Of a stretch of 64,000 nucleotides of DNA, positions 18,201 through 27,717 are shown piece after piece. Position 1 is the first letter of the stretch, and every line of letters begins with the position of its first letter. The notes below the pieces were generated by a model. That model saw only the letters and a list, made by a program, of their open reading frames with translations. It had not been told where the DNA came from and searched no databases. The position numbers were made by a program, and so were the translations under genes. The stretch spans positions 6,402 to 70,401 of the forward strand of contig JAGOMJ010000004.1 of the NCBI GenBank assembly GCA_017993615.1, read 5' to 3'. Origin of the DNA: Smithella sp. (GTDB taxonomy: Bacteria > Desulfobacterota > Syntrophia > Syntrophales > Smithellaceae).

Positions 18201-20021
18201 CTATTCTTTATACATCTCCTCGATACGGTCTTGGTAATTAGCCAGAACGATCTTGCGCTTGATCTTGAGCGTAGGCGTCAGTTCGCCGCTTTCCTGGCTG
18301 AATGCGTGGTTAATGAGAGAAAATCGTTTGATCTGTTCCACGCGACCCAGCGGTTTGTTCAATTCATCGATGGTCTCCTTGTATTTCTGGACAACCTCCG
18401 GATAGGCGATCAGTTTTGTCGGATCGGTCTCGTTGATATTTTTCGATTTGGCCCATTTAATCAGTTCGGTGAAACAGGGCACGATCAGGGCAACGAGGTA
18501 TTTTTTCTGGTCGCCCATAATGGCGATCTGCTCGATGAGCGGATGCATGACAAATGCGCCCTCGATGACCTGAGGTGACACATTTTTGCCGCCCGCGGTA
18601 ATCAAAATATCTTTTTTGCGATCGGTGATCGTCAGATAACCGTCTTCGTCGATGGTGCCGATGTCGCCGGTGTAAAACCATCCGTCTTTCGTGAGCACCT
18701 GCGCTGTGTCTTCCGGCCGGTTGTAATATCCTTTCATCACCTGAGGTCCGCGGATCAGGATTTCGCCGTCTTCTGCAATCTTGCATTCCGTGCGCGGAAA
18801 GGCCGGACCGCAGGTGCCTATCTTGATCGGCTTGAGATGCTTGTATGTGTTCAGATGCGTGATCGGCGTGGTTTCGGTCAGTCCGTAACCCAGATGGATT
18901 TCAACGCCAATGATCTGAAAGAACTCATTGATGGTGTTGGATAACGGCGCGCCACCAACCCCGATCGTCACCATGCGATCAAGCCCCAGGGCCTTGCGCA
19001 ACTTGGAATAAATGAGTTTTTCGAAAAGCTTGTATTGCAGATTCAGGAAAAACGGCACCGGTTTGTTGTAAAGAATATAAGGCAGCGCCTTTTTACCGAC
19101 GCCCATCGATGCGTGAAACAGCTTCTGTTTACTCGGTGGAGCGTTTCCCAGCTGGCTCATGACGCCTTCATAAATTTTTTCCAGGACACGCGGCACGTAT
19201 ACGGCCAGCGTCGGCCTGACGTCTTTCAAGTCGCCCAGCAGGGTCTCGGCACCTTTGGTGTAGGAGATGGTGCACCCTTCATGCATGGCGGAATTGTAGC
19301 CGACTGTGCGCTCCAACGCATGGGAAAGCGGAAGAAGCGACACACACGTTCCCCTGGGGGGGAACGGATGATGCTCGACGAATTGTTTTACGTTGGATAC
19401 CAGATTGCTGTGGGTCAGCATGGCGCCTTTGGGATTGCCCGTCGTGCCCGAGGTATAAATTAGGGTTGCCGTTTCCTGAACGTCGATATTTCTCAACCGT
19501 TTGTCGATTTCGTCGAGATTGAGGCTGGCTTTACCGATCTGCAAGACACTGGAAAACTTCACGACGATCGGATACCTGGAATCAATTTCGTCGAAAACGA
19601 TGATTTCCTGCAGATAATGAAGATTATTTTTTTCCTTCAACAGATTGTCCACCTGGAATTTCCCGGCGCACATACATATTTTTGCCCGGGAATCATTCAG
19701 GATGTATTCGGCTTCCGGCCCGGAGTTGGTCGGATAGACGGTGACGTCGGCTGCTCCGATGGCCAGCGTGGCGAGATCGGCTACGGCCCATTCAGGCCGG
19801 TTGTTGGCATAAATGGCGATTTTATCTGTCGGCTGGATGCCTTTTTTCAGAAAGTACGAAGCAAGTGCATCGACCTGCCCGCTGATATCGCCGTACGTGT
19901 ACTCTTTCCACTTTTTGTTTTCATCGCGTATTCTCAGAAAAATTATGTCGCGGGATTTCTCCACCTGATTTCTGAAAATGCCTGGGATTGTTGTGTCGTT
20001 GTAAGGTTTAAATTCACTCAT
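18201..20021 (-). CDS. long-chain fatty acid-CoA ligase (AMP-forming, FadD-like)
   Basis: AMP-binding motif YTSGTTGNPKGAMLTH and C-terminal TPTLKIKRK. Start placed at MSEFKPYND (ATG 20021). Confidence 0.88.
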   Translation of the reverse strand: MSEFKPYNDTTIPGIFRNQVEKSRDIIFLRIRDENKKWKEYTYGDISGQVDALASYFLKKGIQPTDKIAIYANNRPEWAVADLATLAIGAADVTVYPTNSGPEAEYILNDSRAKICMCAGKFQVDNLLKEKNNLHYLQEIIVFDEIDSRYPIVVKFSSVLQIGKASLNLDEIDKRLRNIDVQETATLIYTSGTTGNPKGAMLTHSNLVSNVKQFVEHHPFPPRGTCVSLLPLSHALERTVGYNSAMHEGCTISYTKGAETLLGDLKDVRPTLAVYVPRVLEKIYEGVMSQLGNAPPSKQKLFHASMGVGKKALPYILYNKPVPFFLNLQYKLFEKLIYSKLRKALGLDRMVTIGVGGAPLSNTINEFFQIIGVEIHLGYGLTETTPITHLNTYKHLKPIKIGTCGPAFPRTECKIAEDGEILIRGPQVMKGYYNRPEDTAQVLTKDGWFYTGDIGTIDEDGYLTITDRKKDILITAGGKNVSPQVIEGAFVMHPLIEQIAIMGDQKKYLVALIVPCFTELIKWAKSKNINETDPTKLIAYPEVVQKYKETIDELNKPLGRVEQIKRFSLINHAFSQESGELTPTLKIKRKIVLANYQDRIEEMYKE

Positions 20022-20210
20022 AATATCTCTCCTGTATTTTATGTCTGTCCCGGCTTCAGGTCCGGACGATCCGAACACCATCAGCCGGCTCAGGTAATTT
20101 CACGTTTTGATTTGAAAACTGCAGTACTGACAAAGCTAGAAGGGGAACTGATAGAATACAAACAGATAAGGTCAGGTCTTGAAATACAAGTTTTCATTCA
20201 TGTTTAACTC

Positions 20211-20233
20211 TTATGATCATCGCATGATCATAA
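20211..20233. promoter_or_regulatory. perfect 23-bp palindrome, candidate repressor operator at the fadD-like promoter
   Basis: TTATGATCAT-CGC-ATGATCATAA (10-bp arms). It lies immediately downstream of the predicted -10 on the minus strand. Confidence 0.5.
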
Positions 20234-20236
20234 TTA

Positions 20237-20265
20237 ATAATACTGACTTCCTATAAACATTGCAA
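20237..20265 (-). promoter_or_regulatory. sigma-70-type promoter for the fadD-like gene
   Basis: On the minus strand: TTGCAA (20260-20265), 17-nt spacer, TATTAT (20237-20242). Confidence 0.5.
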
Positions 20266-20430
20266 GAAAAAACAGGAAATGTCGGCGGGAGCAAGGTTGG
20301 ACAAAAAACAGGGGGGTTGATTTTTGCTAATATAAACAATATATTGGTGATATATTTCGCCCCGAAGAACGTCTTTTTCAGATTATCAGAAATCCGTTTA
20401 TTTGCTTTATTTTATGCCTGCTTTTACGAA

Positions 20431-20874
20431 TCAACCGGCTTTGACACGATTGTTCGTTTTCCGCTCATGTCTGAACAAACGGTTAAGACGATTCATGGTT
20501 TCAATCAACAGCGAAATGTACTTTCCTTCTCCTTCCAGGGTCAGTAAACCATGCACGACGGCGCGGTTCAGCGCCTTGCGTTTGCCCGCTGCCAAATCGA
20601 TCATGACTTTACCGCCGGATCGATTATCCCGCCAGATCAGGGCAAAATCCGATGGCCGGCGACCCCGGACCGATTGCACCCTGCCGCGGATAAATTGAAA
20701 ATAGCGATAAGTATCCTCTTCCGGGGAGCCCATGATAAATGAATAGTCGTGAGTTGCCAGATGCGCACGAAAATCTTTACTGATAAGAACAGCCAGCCGC
20801 ATCATGCAGGCAAAACCGTACATCAGGAAAGCAAGCCGGGTTTTAAAAAAGATTCTTTTTATGGGCATAAGCAT
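20431..20874 (-). CDS. SCP2-like (sterol-carrier) domain protein with N-terminal hydrophobic helix
   Basis: 147 aa. The C-terminal part (GGKVMIDLAAGKRKALNRAVVHGLLTLEGEG) resembles the SCP2 / alkyl-sulfatase C-terminal fold pattern. Weaker than the neighbouring SCP2 call. Confidence 0.45.
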   Translation of the reverse strand: MLMPIKRIFFKTRLAFLMYGFACMMRLAVLISKDFRAHLATHDYSFIMGSPEEDTYRYFQFIRGRVQSVRGRRPSDFALIWRDNRSGGKVMIDLAAGKRKALNRAVVHGLLTLEGEGKYISLLIETMNRLNRLFRHERKTNNRVKAG

Positions 20875-20940
20875 TCAGACGCATTGAATCGCCATATTGA
20901 AAAACGTCCAATGTAAAATTTTTTAACCGGGCCCCGGTTT

Positions 20941-21510
20941 TCAAGCAACAAACAACGGCTGCAGCTTCATGGCAAAAGCAATGTCGCCTTCGATTTTCAT
21001 TTTACCGGACATGAAAAGATTAATGGGAGATTCTTTCCCGCCGCTGATCATGTTGGCATCCTGCATGGAGAGCCGCAAAACGGCGATCGGCTTTTCTGCG
21101 CCGTTGAATATGGCGGTTATTTCGGAAACGGTATCGTCGGCATTTTTGATCTGAAAAACACCCTTCCCGCTTAATGCGGTCAACACATCAAATTTTTTCC
21201 TGGTGAGCTGTTTCTGCATGGCGATCAACATATCAATATTCTTCATGTCCGCCATTTTGGACAGGGTATCGGGAGAAAAGGCGATCCGAACGTGCGGATT
21301 GTCGACAGCGCCTTCCCGGATGCTGAAACCGACGCCATCCTGAATGATATAACTGTAGACGCTGCCGGATATGTCCAGGGTTATTTTCAGTTCTGTCCCT
21401 TTCAATTCCTCCTGGTCTCCCCGCATCTGAATGTATTGTCCGGCCAACTTGGGGATAAACTCCATGAACAACTCCTGAACATTAACTGTAATCGTGAACG
21501 TCTGTTCCAT
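20941..21510 (-). CDS. SCP2 sterol/lipid-binding domain protein
   Basis: 189 aa. C-terminal signature LFMSGKMKIEGDIAFAMKLQPLF is typical of SCP2. GGAGGAAGGG RBS upstream. Confidence 0.75.
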   Translation of the reverse strand: MEQTFTITVNVQELFMEFIPKLAGQYIQMRGDQEELKGTELKITLDISGSVYSYIIQDGVGFSIREGAVDNPHVRIAFSPDTLSKMADMKNIDMLIAMQKQLTRKKFDVLTALSGKGVFQIKNADDTVSEITAIFNGAEKPIAVLRLSMQDANMISGGKESPINLFMSGKMKIEGDIAFAMKLQPLFVA

Positions 21511-21671
21511 AATCCCTTCCTCCAGAGATTTAATTTGTGTGCTTTTTTATCAAAGGCACCCACTTTTTTTGGATTTTTTTTCTGTTGAGGGTCCGATCGC
21601 GCAATGTTCGCAGGTGCATTGGATAGTCCAACAAATGATTGAACGGGGGTTTTCAAAAAGCGTCATTGTTT

Positions 21672-21704
21672 CGGGAGGATGCCCGCCTGGCAGGCATCCT
21701 CCCG
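21672..21704 (-). terminator. strong hairpin downstream of the lipase-like gene (possible terminator)
   Basis: 12-bp perfect stem CGGGAGGATGCC / GGCATCCTCCCG with a 9-nt loop. No clean U-run follows on either strand. Confidence 0.4.
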
Positions 21705-21759
21705 GTTTGAAGTGATTTAAAAATTCTGCTGGCCGATGTATCTATGCCGCAGTTGCCTT

Positions 21760-23265
21760 TTATAATGCGTCAACTGTGTCCAGCCACGCTCCCAGCCGCG
21801 GGAACATTTCGGTCGGCATTTTCTTGCCCATCGCCAAATCGAAATGGCCGGTTCCGTCCAAAACATACCACTCGTCATACGCCGTTGGCGTTTTTTTCGA
21901 TATGATAAAGTCGTAAGTCGCCTGCGGACTCACCAGGGATCCCGTGCTCGATGAAAAAACGATCATCGGTACGGTCATGCGTGCCATATTCTCGCTATAG
22001 TAGTAGTAACCGTCTCGGCCGGGGTTGGGTGCCGAAACCCCTTTGACCAATTTCGACGATAGATAGTTTTCTTTTCCGTTTAAGTAGTGTTCACGAAGGG
22101 TATTGTTCAGGCCCATGTCCATGTAATGACCGAAGCCGCGTATGGCAGCGCTGCCGACAGCATAACGCACCGTCCAATCCTCCAGGCAGGGGTCCATATC
22201 CTCGACCACCCAGAAATTCAGATAGTCGAAGAAGTCGCTTATCGCAGAATCACCGGCAGCCGCCTTGTTCAGCAGCCCAAACATGCCCTCCAGCAAACCG
22301 ACCAGCGGCTTGCTCGGAAGCACCTGAATTAAATTATCTGAAAGGTAATCCAGCGGCAGATACAATCTCGATCCTACAATTGTCCAGAAAAGAGGGGTGT
22401 CCAGAAGGTTCGGCAGCGACGGCACGCCTGCGGGGTCAATACCGATAAAGCCTTTTACATCCTCATTCCTTTTTTTGGCAAGATCAGCGCTGGCTCTGAC
22501 ATGCGGCATATAGCCGAGGGAATAGCATAATTTATAGTAAGCTTTCTTTGCCCAGGCCGAGGAAGCAATGCCGGATTCCATATAGGCGCCCTGCAGATAA
22601 TCATAGGAAACAAGACCTCCCGTGCTGTGTCCGCCGATAAACATGCGTTTGCCTGTCACCGATTTTACCTTGGCGATTGCTGCGGGAGCATCCTGCGTGG
22701 CCCAGGTATCAAGGGTCGTGAGGCTGTTGGCGTTGGTTCCGTCGCTCCTTACCTCACCGCGGCCTGTGCCTCGATAATTGACAAACCAGGGATCATACCC
22801 CTTAAGCCAGAGGTAGTGCGCCAGACTGTAATAACGCATTTTGTCGGCTTTGATGTACGGTTCATAGTCTGTTTTGTCCTCATTCAACGCCCATTCAGGA
22901 GCCTGATCAACCGGAGGAACATAAACGCTGCTGTAGACATCCTTCTTATCGGGAGGCGTACAGGAAAGGTACTGGTTCATATTCATGGTGATGCCGGTAA
23001 AGATCAGAACCGGCGTAGCGCTGGTGTTAAACTTCGGGGTACCGGTCGTGTACGGCGCATAGCGATACAAAAATATCTTGCTGCCGTCATCCGCCGTGGC
23101 GCTGTAGATGCCGCTGGCATTCAGGGGAACTCTGGATACGGCCTGGCCGGTCACCGGCACCATGGCGATTCCCAAAACGGCGATCGCCATCATAATCAAA
23201 AGGTTTTTGTAAAAAATGGGTTTACTTTTTGGACGTCTGCTTTTAGACCAAGCCACCTGCTTCAT
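21760..23265 (-). CDS. secreted alpha/beta-hydrolase (lipase/esterase-like)
   Basis: 501 aa. N-terminal signal/TM (LLIMMAIAVLGIAMVPVTGQAVS), nucleophile elbow GGHSTGG, C-terminal GTGHFD. Confidence 0.7.
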   Translation of the reverse strand: MKQVAWSKSRRPKSKPIFYKNLLIMMAIAVLGIAMVPVTGQAVSRVPLNASGIYSATADDGSKIFLYRYAPYTTGTPKFNTSATPVLIFTGITMNMNQYLSCTPPDKKDVYSSVYVPPVDQAPEWALNEDKTDYEPYIKADKMRYYSLAHYLWLKGYDPWFVNYRGTGRGEVRSDGTNANSLTTLDTWATQDAPAAIAKVKSVTGKRMFIGGHSTGGLVSYDYLQGAYMESGIASSAWAKKAYYKLCYSLGYMPHVRASADLAKKRNEDVKGFIGIDPAGVPSLPNLLDTPLFWTIVGSRLYLPLDYLSDNLIQVLPSKPLVGLLEGMFGLLNKAAAGDSAISDFFDYLNFWVVEDMDPCLEDWTVRYAVGSAAIRGFGHYMDMGLNNTLREHYLNGKENYLSSKLVKGVSAPNPGRDGYYYYSENMARMTVPMIVFSSSTGSLVSPQATYDFIISKKTPTAYDEWYVLDGTGHFDLAMGKKMPTEMFPRLGAWLDTVDAL

Positions 23266-23684
23266 TCCTGTTTCCCCCTCTTTTGGATTTATAAAAAACT
23301 TGTCAAAATAAGTTTTTTAATTCACGATTCAAGCCCCGCCGTACAGCACCTGTACAGACCATTTCGCGTGCGGAAAAAATCAGATAATATGTGTTTTTGG
23401 ATTTCGTACTGTATGAGACTTTTTTGAGGTTTTGTCAAATAAAAAATGTAATTATTTTAAAGAAATGGATTGTGGTTCGATATGGATTCTTCATAGATTT
23501 ACGAACAAAACAAAAGCGGACCGGGTGCGGATCAGCAACCCTGCTCAAACGCAAGGCCGTGAGTTCCGGCAAGTCCAAGGACAGATCTATTACCGACGGC
23601 GTCGTCATGGGCGACGCCGCTGCGACGAGTGAATTTAAGACACGGATTCATCAAGGAAGCCGTCCTCAATTGCCATTCATCAAT

Positions 23685-25793
23685 TTAAGGCCGGGTGCGG
23701 ATTCTACCGCGGTGCCGCGCGTATTCCACCATGCGGCCAAACGCAAACATGGCGCGCTCCGGTGTGGGATAACAGGGAACGCCCAGCCTGGAAAATCCTT
23801 CATGGACATGAGCAATTTCCCTGGCGGTGCCCCCATAGTAACTGGCAAAGACCGGCTTGTCCGGATGATTGCGGAATAGTTCGGCAAACGCTTCCGGAAT
23901 GTCGAACATGCTCTCCGGCATAAGAACAAAAATAATCAACAGGGCATCCATATCCCTTTGATCCAGCATGCATTGGGCAATATGGATCGATGTCTTTTTC
24001 GAACCATGCTGTTCGATGGCCGACCAGGTATCAATGGGATTGCGCACCGGCGCCCATGCAGGAATCACTTCTGCCAGTTTTTTGAGCGTCGCGGGATTCA
24101 GTTCGGGCAGAACAATGCCGTATTCCTCCGCGGCATCCGTTGCAGCGACGCAACCCATGCCCGTGATGGAAAACACACCCATGCGGTTTCCCCGAGGCAG
24201 GGGGAGTTTCTCAAAGGCGGATAAGGTATCGAAAAATGCTTCGGGATTGTGTGTTCGCACGAGACCCGTTCTGCGGCAGACAGCGTCGAACACCGCATCC
24301 GATCCCGCAAGCGAGCCTGTATGCGACGCAACAGCCGCCGCTCCGGCTTCACTGCGTCCTGCTTTCATCACGACAACCGGTTTTTTCCTGCTGGCTTTTT
24401 CGGCGGCTCTGATGAAACGCCGTCCGTCAATCACGCCTTCCAGGTACATGCCGACGGTCAGGGTTACCCAATCCTCGGCCAGGTATTCCAGAAGATCGCT
24501 TTCGTTAATGTCTCCCTTATTGCCGATGCAAGCCACCTTGGCCAGCCCGAAGGGCTTGGTGTCTGCTATCCAGCGCGCCCAGCCTGACGAAAAAACCCCC
24601 GACTGGCCGATGATCGATACGCCGCCTGCCTTGATTGGTTCAAGGCCAACGATGGACGTCGCCATGCCGGCGGAGGGATTAAGCGTCCCGATGCTGTTGG
24701 GACCCATGATCCGGATATCCGCTTTGCGGGCCTGTTCGATAATAATTTTTTGTTCCTCGGCGCCGGCTTTGCCTGCGTCCGAATACCCGCCCGTACTCAG
24801 AATGATGTTGGTGACTCTCTTCGCCTTGCAGTCTTCCAAAGCCTCCGGCACCGCAGTTTTGGGAATCACAATCATGGCCAAATCCACCGGCGCCGGCACA
24901 TCGCAGACTTTTGCGTAAGAGGGCAGACCCAGGATTTCCTTCATCGTGGGATTGATCGGATAAATGGCGCCCCCGAAACCGGCCTTTTGCAGGTTGCGCA
25001 GAATAATGTTGCCGCCCTTGCCCGGACTTCGAGAGGCACCGATAATCGCTATGGAGGCCGGATTGAAAAAGGGAACGACCGTAGCAGGCTCGGGATGTTT
25101 GCGGGCGGATCTGGCATGGCTGCCACCCAGCCGCACGAGAGCATCTACAGCCACGGCACCATCCGGATACGCGATGAAAGGATTTACGTCTATTTCCAGA
25201 ATGTCCGGTCGATCGGATATTAATCGGGAGAGGGATGAGAGGGCTTCGGCAATGGCAACAACATCCAGAGCCTTCTGAGAGCGGTAGCCGTCGAGCAGCG
25301 CTGCTCCTCTGAGGCGCCCGAGCATCGCGCACGCAATTGTATTGTCCACCGGGGCAAGATCCATGGCGGTGTCGCGGAAAATTTCGGTAAAGATGCCGCC
25401 GATTCCCGCGAGGATCACCGGCCCGAACACGGGATCACGCCTTGCCCCCAGGATGAGTTCAGTCCCCGGCCGCGCCATCTTCTGCACCAGGAATGCATGA
25501 GGAACATCGGAAAATCTATTATTCATGTCCCGGAAAGCATCGGCCAGCGAGGAGGTATCCGCAATGTTCAGCGCAACGCCACCCCGGTCGCTCTTGTGAA
25601 GTATCTTCTCGGAACAAATCTTGAGCGCTACGGGGAAACCCAGTTGATTGGCCGCAACGTCAATTTCCTTATCATCCCTGGCTAAAATACTATCCATAAC
25701 AGGGATTCCGCCCTTCTTGAGCAGTGCCGTCCCGTCAAACTCGTTGAGTGTTATGATGTCATTTGTCAAAACTAAAACACCTCCTGATTCCAC
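23685..25793 (-). CDS. ADP-forming acyl-CoA synthetase (ACD family) with ATP-grasp domain N-terminal to the CoA-binding/ligase domains
   Basis: N-terminal ATP-grasp region (LNEFDGTALLKKGGIPV...), then CoA-binding ASIAIIGASRSPGKGGNIILRNL and a succinyl-CoA-ligase-like region (GPNSIG, GQSG, HTGSLAG). An in-frame TTG at 25769, 10 nt after AGGAGG, is an alternative start. Confidence 0.8.
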   Translation of the reverse strand: MESGGVLVLTNDIITLNEFDGTALLKKGGIPVMDSILARDDKEIDVAANQLGFPVALKICSEKILHKSDRGGVALNIADTSSLADAFRDMNNRFSDVPHAFLVQKMARPGTELILGARRDPVFGPVILAGIGGIFTEIFRDTAMDLAPVDNTIACAMLGRLRGAALLDGYRSQKALDVVAIAEALSSLSRLISDRPDILEIDVNPFIAYPDGAVAVDALVRLGGSHARSARKHPEPATVVPFFNPASIAIIGASRSPGKGGNIILRNLQKAGFGGAIYPINPTMKEILGLPSYAKVCDVPAPVDLAMIVIPKTAVPEALEDCKAKRVTNIILSTGGYSDAGKAGAEEQKIIIEQARKADIRIMGPNSIGTLNPSAGMATSIVGLEPIKAGGVSIIGQSGVFSSGWARWIADTKPFGLAKVACIGNKGDINESDLLEYLAEDWVTLTVGMYLEGVIDGRRFIRAAEKASRKKPVVVMKAGRSEAGAAAVASHTGSLAGSDAVFDAVCRRTGLVRTHNPEAFFDTLSAFEKLPLPRGNRMGVFSITGMGCVAATDAAEEYGIVLPELNPATLKKLAEVIPAWAPVRNPIDTWSAIEQHGSKKTSIHIAQCMLDQRDMDALLIIFVLMPESMFDIPEAFAELFRNHPDKPVFASYYGGTAREIAHVHEGFSRLGVPCYPTPERAMFAFGRMVEYARHRGRIRTRP

Positions 25794-25978
25794 TGTTTTG
25801 AAACAAACGTTTTCATAATGAACACACGCCGCGATATCTTGTCAAGCCAGAGTTCGTCTTTTCCGGTGATTTCGAATGACTTCAATGAATCTCTACAAGA
25901 TTTTTTCATTCTCATTAAAAACGATTTTATAATTTGAAAAGTATTTCGTAATCTTATAAGTAACAATACGGGGGCAAG

Positions 25979-26719
25979 ATGAAGATTACATTTTTAGGAA
26001 CCAACGGCTGGTATGATACGGATTGCGGCAATACCATTTGCACGCTGATCGAAACAAAAACGGCCTATATTCTTCTGGACGCCGGAAACGGCATCTATAA
26101 GGCGGACAAATACATCAAGAAAAATCTGCCGGTTTACTTGCTGCTCAGCCATTTCCACATCGATCACATGGAGGGTCTGCACATCCTGGCGAAATTCAGA
26201 TTCACATCCTTGGAGATTATCGGTCAGACCGGCACCAAAAAAACGATCGGGGAATTTTTGTCTCCAAAATATTCTCTGCCGGTCACCCGGTTGCCTTATC
26301 CCTGTAACGTAACTGATATCAATGAAGGCTGGCACAGGCGTCCTTTTCGATTCCGGGCGCTGCCGCTTGAGCACGCCTCCAGATGTTTCGGGTACCGGCT
26401 GGAGATGGAGGGCAAAGTCATCAGTTACTGCACCGACACCGGATACTGCAAAAACTCCGAGGAACTTTCGGTAAACGCCGATTTGCTGATCTCGGAATGC
26501 GCATTTCTCAGCGGTCAACAGTCCAAGACCTGGCCCCACATGAACCCGCAACTCGCCGCCAGGCTGGCCGTTAAATCACAAGCGAAGAGGCTCGCCCTGA
26601 CGCATTTCGATGCCGCCTTATATACAACAAGGGCCAAAAGAGCAAAAGCGCAGATGCAGGCAAAAAGGATATTTCCGCACACGTTTGCTGCGTCTGACGG
26701 ATTAAGCATAGTGATTTAA
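25979..26719 (+). CDS. MBL-fold metallo-hydrolase (RNase Z-like)
   Basis: 246 aa. HFHIDH metal-binding motif and C-terminal LTHF. Confidence 0.75.
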   Translation: MKITFLGTNGWYDTDCGNTICTLIETKTAYILLDAGNGIYKADKYIKKNLPVYLLLSHFHIDHMEGLHILAKFRFTSLEIIGQTGTKKTIGEFLSPKYSLPVTRLPYPCNVTDINEGWHRRPFRFRALPLEHASRCFGYRLEMEGKVISYCTDTGYCKNSEELSVNADLLISECAFLSGQQSKTWPHMNPQLAARLAVKSQAKRLALTHFDAALYTTRAKRAKAQMQAKRIFPHTFAASDGLSIVI

Positions 26720-26941
26720 CAGCATAATGATGATTCCGGATTTGTCCTCGATAATCGAATAATTTAAAAAAGTCTTTGGAATATCTTCTGTAAGCGGCAT
26801 CCTGTTTGTGAAGATTTGCCTTGCTTCTTTAAGCTTCATCACCTTGTTAATTGTCTGCTCGTTCGCCAGGTTCGGGGCAAGACGTAATGTGTTGTATTTC
26901 GGAAATCTTGACCCGCACTTTTTAAGCAGTGCTTTGTTCAT
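26702..26941 (-). CDS. hypothetical 79-aa ORF, possibly a gene remnant
   Basis: ORF only. Overlaps the 3-prime end of the MBL gene by 18 nt. The frame stays open 21 codons upstream of the ATG without a start. No motif recognised. Confidence 0.2.
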   Translation of the reverse strand: MNKALLKKCGSRFPKYNTLRLAPNLANEQTINKVMKLKEARQIFTNRMPLTEDIPKTFLNYSIIEDKSGIIIMLLNHYA

Positions 26942-27154
26942 CGCAAAATCGGACCCCGGACGATCGAATAGCCGCAGACATCTCTCGGCGTCGGAGAACG
27001 GGAATCAATGAAACTGTCAGTCTTTTTTGGGAAATCCCGGGAAGGGCATAACGGTTCATTCAGCGACTTCGATACATGATAACGTTTAAATACGGTTCTT
27101 TTTCTGTACGCTTCTTCACGCCGCTGAACCGGGACGAATTAATCTTTTATGATT

Positions 27155-27691
27155 TCATGAGGGAGTCATCTCTCTCTGGACAATGGCCTCCAGTTGTTCC
27201 ATTGCATCATCCATCGTGCCGGTATTTAGGATATATGCATCGGCGAGGGCAATGGGAAGAGCCGTTCCATAAGCAATTTCACGCTGGTCCCGCTCGTTAA
27301 AGCCCAGAGGAGAATCATCATCTCGTCCTCGCGAACAGACGCGCTCCAGCCGCAGTCCTCTGGGAGTCAGGACCGCAACGACCACACCATCCGTTTTTTC
27401 GCGAATGAGTTCTATTTCCTGCCAGGAACGCATGCCTTCCAGAAAACCAACATCGGCGCCGGTCTTCAGAATTTCTTCCAGGGCAAGCCGGGTGACGCCC
27501 AGGCCATCTTCACCCCGCAGTTCATCGGACACCTCGGATGTTGTTGCGGCATCGACTTCCAATCCGCGTGCTTTGACCTCGGCCCGGACAATATCGCCGG
27601 TCGAGTAATATACGATGTCCCGTGATCCTGCATAAATCCGGGCGATATTCTTACCCGCTGCCGGCATGCCGACAATGATAAAAACTTTCAT
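27155..27691 (-). CDS. P-loop nucleotide kinase (dephospho-CoA-kinase/adenylate-kinase-like, UPF0200-type)
   Basis: 178 aa. N-terminal MKVFIIVGMPAAGKN Walker A. Size and layout match small NMP-kinase-like proteins. Confidence 0.55.
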   Translation of the reverse strand: MKVFIIVGMPAAGKNIARIYAGSRDIVYYSTGDIVRAEVKARGLEVDAATTSEVSDELRGEDGLGVTRLALEEILKTGADVGFLEGMRSWQEIELIREKTDGVVVAVLTPRGLRLERVCSRGRDDDSPLGFNERDQREIAYGTALPIALADAYILNTGTMDDAMEQLEAIVQREMTPS

Positions 27692-27717
27692 ATCTCCCCT
27701 CGCAAAAGTGTTTTAGT

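Noticed and set aside
23430-23702. GC-richer 255-nt non-coding stretch downstream of the acyl-CoA synthetase, with a 12-nt repeat CCGGGTGCGGAT (at about 23521 and 23691) and short ORFs of 39-57 aa
   Set aside because: The short ORFs lack RBS and recognisable motifs. A single 12-mer repeat is within what can occur by chance in 64 kb. I cannot show it is a duplication relic or an sRNA without searches or expression data.
23968-24918. 316-aa plus-strand ORF antisense to the ADP-forming acyl-CoA synthetase
   Set aside because: Same reasoning as the other antisense ORFs. The product is Ser/Ala/Pro/Arg-rich low complexity, while the opposite strand carries strong family motifs.
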